A DNA stretch of 32,000 nt from Hyperthermus butylicus DSM 5456 (GTDB lineage Archaea > Thermoproteota > Thermoprotei_A > Sulfolobales > Pyrodictiaceae). Below, piece by piece: positions 1-8,927 of the stretch (position 1 is the first letter of the stretch; each line of letters starts with the position of its first letter). Below the pieces are notes generated by a model. That model worked only from the letters and a program-made list of their open reading frames with translations. It was not told the origin of the DNA and ran no database searches. Where the stretch lies: assembly GCF_000015145.1 (NCBI RefSeq), contig NC_008818.1:300001-332000 (forward strand). Direction: 5' to 3'. The position numbers were made by a program, and so were the translations under genes.

Positions 1-674
1 GTACGGTTCAGAGTGGTGAGTATGGAGGCTATGAACACCTCGTTCCAGGACATTATGAAGGTGAATATCGCTGCCGCAGCTAGGCCTGGGAGGGCTAGCG
101 GTAATGTTATCCTTAGAAATACGCCGAGCCTATTTAGCCCAAAGACTAGCCCTGCCTCCTCAAGCTCTCGCGGCACCCCAGCGAATATGCTTGATGTCAC
201 TAGCACAACGAATGGTAGAGCCATGGCTGTGTGGGCTAGGGCTACGCCTAGCGGTGTATCGTATATGCCGAGTCTTATGTAGAGGGTTGCTAGCGGCACA
301 GCTATCACTATTATCGGAAACATCCTCATACCGACTATTAGCAGTTTCAGCGCGTCCCGGCCGGGGAATACAAAGCGTGCAAATGCATAGCCCGCAGGGA
401 GTCCCAGCAGGAAGCTGAGGACAATAGTTAGCACTGCTACCACTACACTGTTAAATGCCGCCTTGCTAGCGCCGAGAGCTAATAGATCCCGGACATGCTC
501 TAATGTGAAGCGGATTGGTATAACCTTGTTAGGGTCGTAGTAGTCCTGGGGTGTACTAAACGCGTAAAGCACCGAGATAGCTATAGGTACTAGCACCCAT
601 GCAACCGCGAGGGCTGCAGCTGCCGCCACAAGTATGCCGTGAAGCGCATAGCGGACTGGGCTAGCCTCCTCCAC
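1..674 (-). CDS. ABC sugar transporter permease, MalG/UgpE-like; 5' end complete, 3' end runs off the window
   Basis: Absent from the ORF track because it has no stop in the window. My minus-strand translation from GTG at 674 reads VEEASPVRYALHGILVAAAAALAVAWVLVPIAISVLYAFSTPQDYYDPNKVIPIRFTLEHVRDLL...LGLPAGYAFARFVFPGRDALKLLIVGMRMFPIIVIAVPLATLYIRLGIYDTPLGVALAHTAMALPFVVLVTSSIFAGVPRELEEAGLVFGLNR... This carries the EAA-loop signature of binding-protein-dependent permeases. It starts 7 nt after the stop of the upstream permease. Confidence 0.8.
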   Translation of the reverse strand, partial: MEEASPVRYALHGILVAAAAALAVAWVLVPIAISVLYAFSTPQDYYDPNKVIPIRFTLEHVRDLLALGASKAAFNSVVVAVLTIVLSFLLGLPAGYAFARFVFPGRDALKLLIVGMRMFPIIVIAVPLATLYIRLGIYDTPLGVALAHTAMALPFVVLVTSSIFAGVPRELEEAGLVFGLNRLGVFLRITLPLALPGLAAAAIFTFIMSWNEVFIASILTTLNR

Positions 675-681
675 CCCGGTG

Positions 682-1593
682 TCACCTCCCAGCCTCAAGA
701 TACCTTGCCTTGAAGAATCTGATGTAGAGGGCGCCAAGGCTGAGGGAGATAGCCGCTATTATTAATGCATAGAGTGCTGCCACACCAGTGTGATGCATTT
801 GTGTATGTTCGTAGAAAGCTTCGCCTGCAAGGACTGGTATATCTCTGCCTGCCAATACCCACACGCTGCCAAACACTTGGAGTGCAAACAAAGTCCTAAT
901 GATGAGTGCTGCTTGTATGCTCGGCATCAGCATTGGGAGAACTATGTAGCGTAGCCTCTGCAGCGCATTAGCCCCGAAAACCTCGGCTGCCTCGAGGTAC
1001 TCATGGCTTATCATCTGCAGTCCTGCTAGGAGTATCACGAAGACTATTGCGGTTGAGCGCCAAACCTCGGTTATAATTATCGCTAACAACTCCATGTCGC
1101 GGTTTTGCCAACCAAAGAACTGTATCGGCTCGCTTATAACGCCAAGGTTTAGCAGGAGCTTGTTCGCGAAACCATTGCCAGTGAGCATCGAGTACCAGAT
1201 GAGACCTGCAGCTACATCGCTAATTGTGAGCGGAAGAATGGTAACATATATCGCTGCGTTCTTGCCACGAAACCGGAAGCTGTTGAAGAAGAATGCTAAT
1301 AGCAGCGCGAGGACAAACTCGACCGGTATAACTATGCCAGTTATCAGGAGCGTGTAGAATAGCGCGTCGCGAAACTTCGAAAGCGGGCTGTTGAGGAGAT
1401 AATCAACGTTCTCGGTGGTAAACCTGCCTTGCTCGTCAAAGAATGCTAGCTTAACACCTTGCACTAGGGGGTAGCCAACAAAGAACCCCATGTAGACTAC
1501 AGTGGGTGCTATGAGTAGGTAGGGTAGGATGCGGTCCAGCTTCTCCGCGAGGAGCCGGTACCTCATGTAAAAAACCGAGTGGGACCGCTGCAA
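682..1593 (-). CDS. ABC sugar transporter permease, MalF/UgpA-like
   Basis: 303 aa and multi-TM. It has an EAA-type loop (EYLEAAEVFGANALQRLRYIVLPML). It sits between the binding protein and the second permease in one minus-strand operon. Confidence 0.85.
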   Translation of the reverse strand: MQRSHSVFYMRYRLLAEKLDRILPYLLIAPTVVYMGFFVGYPLVQGVKLAFFDEQGRFTTENVDYLLNSPLSKFRDALFYTLLITGIVIPVEFVLALLLAFFFNSFRFRGKNAAIYVTILPLTISDVAAGLIWYSMLTGNGFANKLLLNLGVISEPIQFFGWQNRDMELLAIIITEVWRSTAIVFVILLAGLQMISHEYLEAAEVFGANALQRLRYIVLPMLMPSIQAALIIRTLFALQVFGSVWVLAGRDIPVLAGEAFYEHTQMHHTGVAALYALIIAAISLSLGALYIRFFKARYLEAGR

Positions 1594-1634
1594 GACCCTC
1601 CCAGCCCCAGAGGATACTACTGGGCTCCCCCTTC

Positions 1635-3002
1635 TTAGCCGCTATCCGGTGGTGGCAGCGGCGCGCCGGTCTCCTCGAAGAGTTTGAGAAGCTCTGGCTT
1701 CAACTCCTTTGTTACTTCTGCCGGGTCCTTGCCCTGTAGTACTATCTGCTCGAAGGCTGTCAGGTAGATCTGCTTAAACTCGCCGCCCTTAGCACCTAGG
1801 CTCGGTATCATTGCTACTATCGCGTCCCGGGCGTTTAGCATTTTGTTAACACCCTCAGCTAGTATCTTTAGTGGGCCCTCTGGTACTGCGCCAGAAGCCT
1901 CCTGGACACTTGGGAAGAAGCCTACGTTCTCGAGTATCTCGACCTCCGTCTCTGGCCTCGTTAGATAGTCTATGAGCTTCCAGGCTGCATCCTGGTAAGG
2001 CGCACCCTTCGGTATTGCAAGACCGACTATCACCAGTATGAAGCCGCGGCCTTGCGGCCCACGAGGCACTGGCACTACAACGAACTGGTCTGGCTTAGTG
2101 GTAATGGCGTCCTTTATTCTTGCCGTGTGATCCCAGGCTATCCAAACCTCCTCTCTTAGCAGTGGGTCGGCCATGGCATCCCAGGTTGTGCTCGCTGGAT
2201 TCACATACTGCCATAGCTGCTTGAGGTAATTCCACATCTCCACGGCCTCTGGGCTGTCAAAGTTCTCTACTTGTGCCCCGGTGAAGGCCGGGTAGAGGTA
2301 GCCATGGAGGAATCTTACGAATAGCCCGTTGGGGCCTGCTGGGAAGCCTAGCAGCTTCTTCCCAGTCTTCTCGTAGATATTCTTGGCCCAGGCGAGTAGG
2401 GCATCATAAGTCCACTTCTCGGTACCCTTGATCACGTCGTCAGGTGTTAGGCCCTCAGGCAGGTAGTCGAACGCCTTCTTGTTGACGACCATTACATAGG
2501 TTGCCGTGAGCCATGGCACGTAGGCCTTTATGCCATGGAGGTAGCTGTAGTCCTCAAGTATCTTGGGGAACGTCCTGCCCTCAAGCTGGGGGAACTTCCG
2601 GAGATCCTCTAGCCAGCCCTTGCTAGCAAACATGTCTAGGCCGCCGTGCAGATCCGCGATAACGCTTACTGTGACCTTGCCAGCCTTAATCTCGCTTTCA
2701 AGCTTCAGCACCAGGTCGCTATAGCTTATACCGACAAACTCCACGTCTATACCCGTCTCCTGCTTAAACTTTGGCAGCAACTGATCCTTCACGAAGGCCT
2801 GCTCCTTGGGCGGCACTAGCTGCGTCGAAGCCCACACTATCTTTTCAGGCTTTTCCGGTGGTGTTGGCTGTTCTGTGGTAGGCCTAGTAGCAAAGTAGAC
2901 CGCAATACCTGCAAGGACAACTATGATTATTATGGCTGCTACTATGAGTGAGGTCTTAGCCTGGGCTCGTAACAAGACTATCCTCCACCATGTTAATTCC
3001 AA
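1635..3002 (-). CDS. Extracellular solute-binding protein of a carbohydrate-type ABC transporter
   Basis: 455 aa. It has an N-terminal membrane anchor (LIVAAIIIIVVLAGIAVYF) and a Pro/Thr/Glu linker (TTEQPTPPEKPEK), followed by a family-1 SBP-like body. It is the first gene of the operon with the two permeases. Confidence 0.8.
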   Translation of the reverse strand: MELTWWRIVLLRAQAKTSLIVAAIIIIVVLAGIAVYFATRPTTEQPTPPEKPEKIVWASTQLVPPKEQAFVKDQLLPKFKQETGIDVEFVGISYSDLVLKLESEIKAGKVTVSVIADLHGGLDMFASKGWLEDLRKFPQLEGRTFPKILEDYSYLHGIKAYVPWLTATYVMVVNKKAFDYLPEGLTPDDVIKGTEKWTYDALLAWAKNIYEKTGKKLLGFPAGPNGLFVRFLHGYLYPAFTGAQVENFDSPEAVEMWNYLKQLWQYVNPASTTWDAMADPLLREEVWIAWDHTARIKDAITTKPDQFVVVPVPRGPQGRGFILVIVGLAIPKGAPYQDAAWKLIDYLTRPETEVEILENVGFFPSVQEASGAVPEGPLKILAEGVNKMLNARDAIVAMIPSLGAKGGEFKQIYLTAFEQIVLQGKDPAEVTKELKPELLKLFEETGAPLPPPDSG

Positions 3003-3511
3003 TTAAACCAGTTATATTGCTTTCCCGTGAAACAAGCTAGAGATGCACACTATCTATACTGTGTAAACTAGGGACACAATGATAGAATGATGGTTAGGAT
3101 GATAGTTAGGCTAGTAGCACTAGATACACGTTTTAGCCCGGATATTTTATCGAAGTAGTTATCGTTTGGTTATATCGCGCCTATGTTAGTCCCTGCATAT
3201 GGTAGGCTATGACCAAATAGTCTCAGAGCCGGCGAGGTCTAGCCTGCAGCTGCCAGCTACCCCCGCCATAACGCTGTGCTGCAGCCAAAAACACGTTGCG
3301 GCTCTCCCGGTGCAAAAGCTCGAGCCTAGATCCCGGTCTTAGGCCTAGCTCCTCCTAGCCTCCGCCGGTATTGTTGCACAGCATCTCGTCAGTGAAAAAC
3401 AACCGAGGGGCGAGATGCGCTACTCCTCACACAGCGGCTGTTGTGAAATGAGTTAGCCTTACTAGCTGCGTCCGCCACGTGCTGCAACCGGAAGGAGGTT
3501 GATTAACTTCT

Positions 3512-4675
3512 CTAGGCCGTCTCCTTTAGGACCTTTACTGTGAAGTCTAATCCAAGCTCCTCTGAGAGCTTCTTTAGGTCGTTGAAGACGTTGCGGTGTA
3601 GTGGTATCCCGATCTTCTTCCTAGTCTCCATTGTTAGCCAGGCTTTCTCGCCGGGTATCCATATTCTGTCCGCTTGTGGGTGCTTGGGCAGACTCTTGAT
3701 CTCCTCTATCATCTTCTCGAACCTGTCGTAGAATTCTTCGAGTGACATGAATGCCTCGATGTTTATCGACATGAAGAAGTGGCCCACATTGGCTGGCTGC
3801 GGGTCGGTGGTGTTTCGGACATGTATTGCCCAGGCTGCGCCAGTTAGTACGCCCGCCAGCAGCTCTACTATTAGTGCCAGGCCGCTCCCCTTGTGGCCGC
3901 CCGTTTCCTCTGCTAGGCCTCCGAGGGGTAGTAGTGCTGCCCTACCTTTCCTTATCGCCTCAAGGATTGGTGCTGCGTCACCGGTCAGCTCCCTGCCGTC
4001 CTCCAGGCTGACAGCCCAGCCATGAGGCACGGACCTCCCGGTCTTAGCGTAGATCTCTACCTTCCCCACTGGCACTGTGCTCGTAGCGGCGTCAAAGAGG
4101 AATGGTGGCGGGTTCCTCCGGGGCGCAGCTACTGCTATCGGGTTTGTGCCCAGATACTTGGAGAGTGTGCCTACGTATGCTACGAGGGACCTAGCGTTTG
4201 TGAGTGACACCCCTATCATGCCATGTTCAACTGCCATGAGGGCATAGTAGCCGGCTATGCCGTAGTGGTGGCTCCTTCTGACACCCACAACACCAACACC
4301 ATACCTTTTGGCCCTCTCGATAGCAATGTTCATGGCCTTGGTGCCTACCACCTGGCCTGGTCCATTGTCGCCATCGAGGAGGACTGCCGCACCCATATCC
4401 CGTACTATCCTTATGTCCGGGTTTACGTTTATTGAGCCAACCTTTATCCCGCCAACATACCTCCGGATCCTCTGTACGCCGTGGCTGCTGATGCCCATAA
4501 GGTCTGCTGCCACCAGGTTGTCAGCCACGATGTCGGCGTAGTCCCTGCGTAGCCCTAGGGCCTGGAAGACCTTTGAGACCCAGCTGCGGAGGCTCTCGTG
4601 GTCAACACGCACATACTCCTCTGGGGGTACAGGCTTCTCCTTCTCGTAGAACTTGGGGTGCAAAAAGCCCACCAC
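3512..4675 (-). CDS. Ldh_2 family oxidoreductase (malate / L-sulfolactate / ureidoglycolate dehydrogenase-like)
   Basis: 387 aa. The motifs GISSHGVQRIRRY and RRSHHYGIAGYYA plus the overall length are typical of the Ldh_2 (COG2055) family. GTG start. Confidence 0.8.
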   Translation of the reverse strand: MVGFLHPKFYEKEKPVPPEEYVRVDHESLRSWVSKVFQALGLRRDYADIVADNLVAADLMGISSHGVQRIRRYVGGIKVGSINVNPDIRIVRDMGAAVLLDGDNGPGQVVGTKAMNIAIERAKRYGVGVVGVRRSHHYGIAGYYALMAVEHGMIGVSLTNARSLVAYVGTLSKYLGTNPIAVAAPRRNPPPFLFDAATSTVPVGKVEIYAKTGRSVPHGWAVSLEDGRELTGDAAPILEAIRKGRAALLPLGGLAEETGGHKGSGLALIVELLAGVLTGAAWAIHVRNTTDPQPANVGHFFMSINIEAFMSLEEFYDRFEKMIEEIKSLPKHPQADRIWIPGEKAWLTMETRKKIGIPLHRNVFNDLKKLSEELGLDFTVKVLKETA

Positions 4676-4718
4676 ACTAAGCCCAAATGTATCCGGGGTT
4701 AAAGCCTTGTGACACCAG

Positions 4719-5171
4719 TTGCTAGTGCCTCAGCCGGGAGCCAAACATATGACGGAGACTCTATCCTGCCCCGAGCTAGCTGAGGGCATTTACACCTACC
4801 AGCCTGGAGCTGGCTGGGTCCGAGGGCTTCGGGAAGGAGGAAAGGCTACCATTCTAGTCTTCGTCAACGTGTTCTGCCAGCATGCATGCAACGATATTGT
4901 TCAACGTATATTCTCCAAGCTAGCAGGCCTAGTTAACAGCGGGGCTGTCGGCCTAGTGCTGGTCGTATGTACAAGGTTTAGGAGGGTCTGCAGTGACTCC
5001 GATGCAAGGAGGCTATTCATGATTTACAACATTATTGCAAGTCCATCGGTGATAGCCTATGCATCAAACGGCATATTGCTAGGCTCTGCTAAAGGCTCGC
5101 TGCGTGTTGAGAGGGAGCTAGATTCTCTACTTGATAGGGTTGCTGCACACGCTGCTACCGGTGTTCTTTAG
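4719..5171 (+). CDS. Hypothetical protein, possibly thioredoxin-like fold with a CQHAC (CxxxC) motif
   Basis: 150-aa ORF; an ATG at 4749 is the more likely start. The pattern ATILVFVNVFCQHACNDI ... SPSVIAYASNGILLG resembles strand-CxxC-helix plus a cis-Pro strand of Trx-like folds. This call is weak. Confidence 0.3.
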   Translation: MLVPQPGAKHMTETLSCPELAEGIYTYQPGAGWVRGLREGGKATILVFVNVFCQHACNDIVQRIFSKLAGLVNSGAVGLVLVVCTRFRRVCSDSDARRLFMIYNIIASPSVIAYASNGILLGSAKGSLRVERELDSLLDRVAAHAATGVL

Positions 5172-5188
5172 CATTTTTAACCTCGTTT

Positions 5189-5905
5189 ATGAACACCGGT
5201 TCTCAGGGAGAGGTGCACCCGCATATGGTTAAAGCCGTCCGGTTCCTTGGAAAGGACATAATCAAGGAGAATGCACGGCTTGCAGAGAGGCTCCGGAAGC
5301 TCTACGACGAGGCTGGTGTAACTGTCTATGAGTTCCTCGGGGGTCCAGGCAGCGGAAAGACCAGTGTTATAGAGAGACTCGTGGAGAAGATGCTCGAGGA
5401 GTACCGGCCCGAGGAGATAGCCTACATAGGCGGCGATATAGCAACAACACTTGACACCGAGAGGATAGCCAGATACGGTGTAAGACACGTACAGATCAAT
5501 ACTGGTGGCACATGCCACCTAGAAGTCCCCCATGTTGAGGCGGCGATAAAGGCACTAGGGGGCTCCGAGGCTCTCCACAAGCTCCGCATAATGATAATAG
5601 AGAATGTTGGGAACCTCATATGCCCATTTAACTTCCCCCTCGGAGCCCATGCAAGAATAATGGTGGCCGATGTCACTGAGGGCGAGGACAAGTTTGTAAA
5701 GCATCCGCTCAGCACGAAGGTGAGCGATGTCATAGTAATAAACAAGGTTGACCTTGCACCCATAGTGGGTGTAAACCTCGAGAAGATGGTCAGCGATGCC
5801 CGCACCCTAAACCCCAAAGCGCCAATAGTGCTTGCCAGCGCGAAGACAGGGCAGGGCATTGACGAGCTATACCGTGTGCTCAAAAAGTTTATGGTGAGGA
5901 GCTAG
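5189..5905 (+). CDS. hypB: Hydrogenase nickel-incorporation GTPase HypB
   Basis: 238 aa. P-loop GGPGSGKTS, ENVGNLICP and INKVDL motifs match the G3E (HypB/UreG/CobW) GTPases. hypA follows immediately. Confidence 0.9.
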   Translation: MNTGSQGEVHPHMVKAVRFLGKDIIKENARLAERLRKLYDEAGVTVYEFLGGPGSGKTSVIERLVEKMLEEYRPEEIAYIGGDIATTLDTERIARYGVRHVQINTGGTCHLEVPHVEAAIKALGGSEALHKLRIMIIENVGNLICPFNFPLGAHARIMVADVTEGEDKFVKHPLSTKVSDVIVINKVDLAPIVGVNLEKMVSDARTLNPKAPIVLASAKTGQGIDELYRVLKKFMVRS

Positions 5906-5907
5906 CC

Positions 5908-6342
5908 TTGCACGAGACAAGTATTGCCCTCAGCATACTTGCAGCAGTGGAGGATGTTTTCCGTTCCACACCTGGCGCTCGTAGGGTCGAGAAGATACGG
6001 ATACGCGTTGGGATGCTAAGCCTCGTGGATCCCGAGGCGCTAAGGTTTGCACTAAGCGTAGTATCCCGCGACACTCCTGCGGAGAACGCTGAGGTAGAGA
6101 TTGAGACTGTGAGGCCCCGGTTTCGCTGTCCCCACTGCGGCTACGAGTGGGAGGTAGGTGACGAGGACGTCAAAAGGATAGCTGACGATCCTATGCTCGC
6201 CACGCTTGTCCACATACACCCCGACGTTGTAGTCAAGTACCTCCGGTGCCCGCGCTGTGGCAGCACCGATGTGGAGATAGTTGAGGGGAAGGGTGTAGTG
6301 CTGCACAGCGTAGTCATAGAGACAGACGAGGAAAAGGGGTAG
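5908..6342 (+). CDS. hypA: Hydrogenase nickel-insertion protein HypA
   Basis: The N-terminus MHETSIALSI carries the MHE Ni-binding motif. Two CxxC pairs (CPHCG ... CPRCG) form the Zn site. The 144-aa length reflects a long insert between the CxxC pairs, as in some archaeal HypA proteins. TTG start 2 nt after the hypB stop. Confidence 0.9.
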   Translation: MHETSIALSILAAVEDVFRSTPGARRVEKIRIRVGMLSLVDPEALRFALSVVSRDTPAENAEVEIETVRPRFRCPHCGYEWEVGDEDVKRIADDPMLATLVHIHPDVVVKYLRCPRCGSTDVEIVEGKGVVLHSVVIETDEEKG

Positions 6343-6353
6343 GGGAGAACTCC

Positions 6354-6773
6354 TTGGTGGTCAAGACTGGTGTCTCGCTACCCGACGAACTCTACGAGAA
6401 GCTTGTCTCCCTAGCCCAGCGCGCGGGCTACCCGAGTATCTCAAAAGCTATACGGGACGCCGTAGAGTTATTCATAGCCTTCAACACCTGGTGGAGCAGC
6501 CAGGGCCCCGTAACCGGTGTCCTGCACCTCCTAGCCGAGGCCAAGCATGGCAGCGAAATCCAGGAGGCCCTGCAGGACGCCGAGGAGGTTGTCGAGGCTG
6601 TACTATATCGGAGGCTCGGAGCATCCTACATAGCCGTGATAGTGGTTGTTGAAGGGGAACCCGGCAGGATTAAAGACCTCTACAAGAAGCTCACACGGCT
6701 CCGTGGAGTACTAGCTGTCCAGCCCGCCCTCCTCCCTGCCCCAGCAGCTGCTACACGTGGTGTGCAAGGTTGA
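6354..6773 (+). CDS. NikR-fold (ribbon-helix-helix + ACT-like C-domain) regulator lacking the canonical Ni ligands
   Basis: The N-terminus VSLPDELYEKLVSLAQRAGYPSISKAIRDAVELFI is a CopG/RHH motif. The C-terminal ~80 aa align in my reading to the NikR C-domain (..IAVIVVVEGEPGRIKDLYKKLTRLRGV..). Its stop overlaps the start of the next gene. Confidence 0.65.
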   Translation: MVVKTGVSLPDELYEKLVSLAQRAGYPSISKAIRDAVELFIAFNTWWSSQGPVTGVLHLLAEAKHGSEIQEALQDAEEVVEAVLYRRLGASYIAVIVVVEGEPGRIKDLYKKLTRLRGVLAVQPALLPAPAAATRGVQG

Positions 6774-7870
6774 CCCGCATCGTGGTAGTAGGTTCAGGAT
6801 TTGCGGGGGTAGAAGCTGTTGCCAGCCTTTCGAGCCTCTGCGACCGCTACGAGTGCATCTGGGTTACTGCAAGGGCACAAATGGTATTCCTCCCGCTTCT
6901 CCCAGCACTGGCTGCTGGGCGGTATCGGGTCGAGGAGGTCTTCTGGAGCATAGAATCCTATGCCAGGCGGGCCGGGTTCGCCGTCATCGAGAAGCCCGTA
7001 GAGGTTCTCGGCGACGGTTGGCTCGTAGCAGGCGGCGAGAGGATAGACTACGACTACGCCATAGCCGGGCTCGGGGCTAGGCCTGCATTCTACGGCGTGC
7101 CCGGTGCCGCCGAGCACAGCATAACCCTCTACAGCGTCGAGGACGCAGAGACCATAAGAAAGCTCCTCGACAGGATAGATGGCCTAGTAATCGTTGGCGC
7201 TGGCCCCGTTGGTGTGGAACTCGCGGGAGAAGTCGCACTGTGGGCGAGGCGGGTAGGGAGCCCCCTAAAGATATGGCTCATAGACATGCTTAGCGAGCCC
7301 CTGGCACTACTAGGCAACCAGCGCGCTTCAGAACTTGCAAGAGAGCTACTTGAAAAGCTTGGCGTAGAGCTTGTACTAGGCCGCCGAGTCGTACGCGTAG
7401 CAGAAAACCACGTCGAACTCGAGGATGGCAGTAAGGTGGGCTGTCAAGGCTGTGCCATAGCCTGGACAGCAGGGATAGGGGGCCCAGATGTCAAGCTCGA
7501 AAAGGATACCGCCCTCGGGAAGGCAGGCTTCATACTTGTGGACGAGACACTGCGGGCAAAGGGGTATAGGAGGCTATACGTGGCAGGCGATGCTGCCAGC
7601 TACCAGGCCCAATGTCCTCCACTCAAGCTTGCACGTGAAGCAATCAGGATGGCACGCCATGCCGTATCAAACCTCAGAGCTGGGCTGAACGGAGGTAAAC
7701 CCAAGCCCTACAAGCCGTTCATAACGACTTGCCGGCCACTTCTCGGAGTCTGCATTGGCAAGGCGGACTGCATACTCGCACTAGGCAAGAACATAGCGTT
7801 GAAGACTAGGTTGCCGGCATGGTACCACGAGAGGGTTAGGAGAGCCTACCAGTCAAGGCTAGTAGCATGA
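6770..7870 (+). CDS. FAD-dependent pyridine nucleotide-disulfide oxidoreductase (type II NADH dehydrogenase / SQR-like)
   Basis: RIVVVGSGFAGVEA is the FAD GxGxxG motif, LVIVGAGPVGVELAGE is the second dinucleotide site, and LYVAGDAA is also present. TTG start overlaps the upstream stop by 4 nt. Confidence 0.8.
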   Translation: MTRIVVVGSGFAGVEAVASLSSLCDRYECIWVTARAQMVFLPLLPALAAGRYRVEEVFWSIESYARRAGFAVIEKPVEVLGDGWLVAGGERIDYDYAIAGLGARPAFYGVPGAAEHSITLYSVEDAETIRKLLDRIDGLVIVGAGPVGVELAGEVALWARRVGSPLKIWLIDMLSEPLALLGNQRASELARELLEKLGVELVLGRRVVRVAENHVELEDGSKVGCQGCAIAWTAGIGGPDVKLEKDTALGKAGFILVDETLRAKGYRRLYVAGDAASYQAQCPPLKLAREAIRMARHAVSNLRAGLNGGKPKPYKPFITTCRPLLGVCIGKADCILALGKNIALKTRLPAWYHERVRRAYQSRLVA

Positions 7871-8927
7871 AACCAAGGCAAGAGGATAGACCAAACCATT
7901 GATTCATATTGGGAAGCCGCCTGAAACCTCCTCCGGAGCCAAATACAACTCAAGGTGTTGAGCTGGAACGTCTCATGCTTGATGAGAAGTCTCTGTATGT
8001 AACTGTACATGGAGGCCAAATCGAGTACAACGTGTTTAGCGACATTGTATGTGGTGCCAGTTTCCGGGTTGCTGCACCAGCGTTGCCTCGGTGCAAGGTA
8101 GCGAGACCGCTGGGGCGACTGAGGCTAGGGCTCTGAAGCTGATGAGGATTCTAGGCGACTGTGGCTGCGCGGGTGTCGAGGCTCGCCTCTACGTTGACAC
8201 TAGCGTCTTCAGCGTTGAGACCAAGGTCAGCCCAGGGCCAAGGCCACAGCTCTCTCTGCTAGGCCTATAGGGCTCCATACAACGCTACCGGCTGAGCTCA
8301 GGAATCGGAACTAGACGCGGCTTCTATGTCGAGTCCGTTGAGGTGTACTTCTACATACAGAACGCTAAATAGTAGGGCATCGACACCAGCCGAGCCCTAC
8401 CGTGCAAAGGGGCTGAGATCCTGTCCCCCGTGGGACTATAAGCTCTACGCATTCCTCATTCGGAGCCCCGACAATAGCTGCTGTGTGAAGACTAGGAGGC
8501 CACGGGTCTCCAGATAGCAGGGGAAGTGACTTGTTTCTGAGATTGCTCCAGAACTCCTTCTTGAGGCCTATGTGGAGTAGACACTGCTACGTGCTGTCGT
8601 GGTAATTCTTTTCGCGCGTGCACTGAGAGCATAGCTCTAGGTATATGCACATTCTACAAGTATTGGGTACAACTATTATATGGTGCACTAGCATTCATGT
8701 TATTCTGTGTATATGGGAGGTGTAAGGGGGTTAAATCATATAATTGTTTTCCGCCGCGTAGCTCTTTAATTAGCGGAAGAAGCATTTAATGCTCTGAATT
8801 AGACTCATCTAGTCAAGGGTGAAGCACGGCTTCAGGCCCGTAGCAGTATCGTGTAACTCTGCGATACCACGCAAAGATGCTTGCAACTGTGGGGTATGAG
8901 TGATGTGAGAATAGAGGAGGTGACACC

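Noticed and set aside
3079-3110. Clustered ATGATAG/ATGATGG/GATGATAG mini-repeats in the SBP upstream region
   Set aside because: They are too short and irregular. There are no D boxes, no palindromic symmetry and no recurrence elsewhere. Chance in AT-rich promoter DNA is the likely explanation.
3540-4541. Six plus-strand ORFs of 61-92 aa
   Set aside because: All are antisense shadows of the Ldh_2-family gene.
5177-5883. Minus-strand ORFs of 113 and 153 aa
   Set aside because: They are antisense to the well-supported hypB gene and have no motifs.
8133-8145. CTGA-agc-TGATGA, which looks like an internal D'/C' pair of a C/D sRNA
   Set aside because: No terminal C box lies about 12 nt upstream. 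The downstream position has CTGT rather than CTGA. There is no terminal stem.
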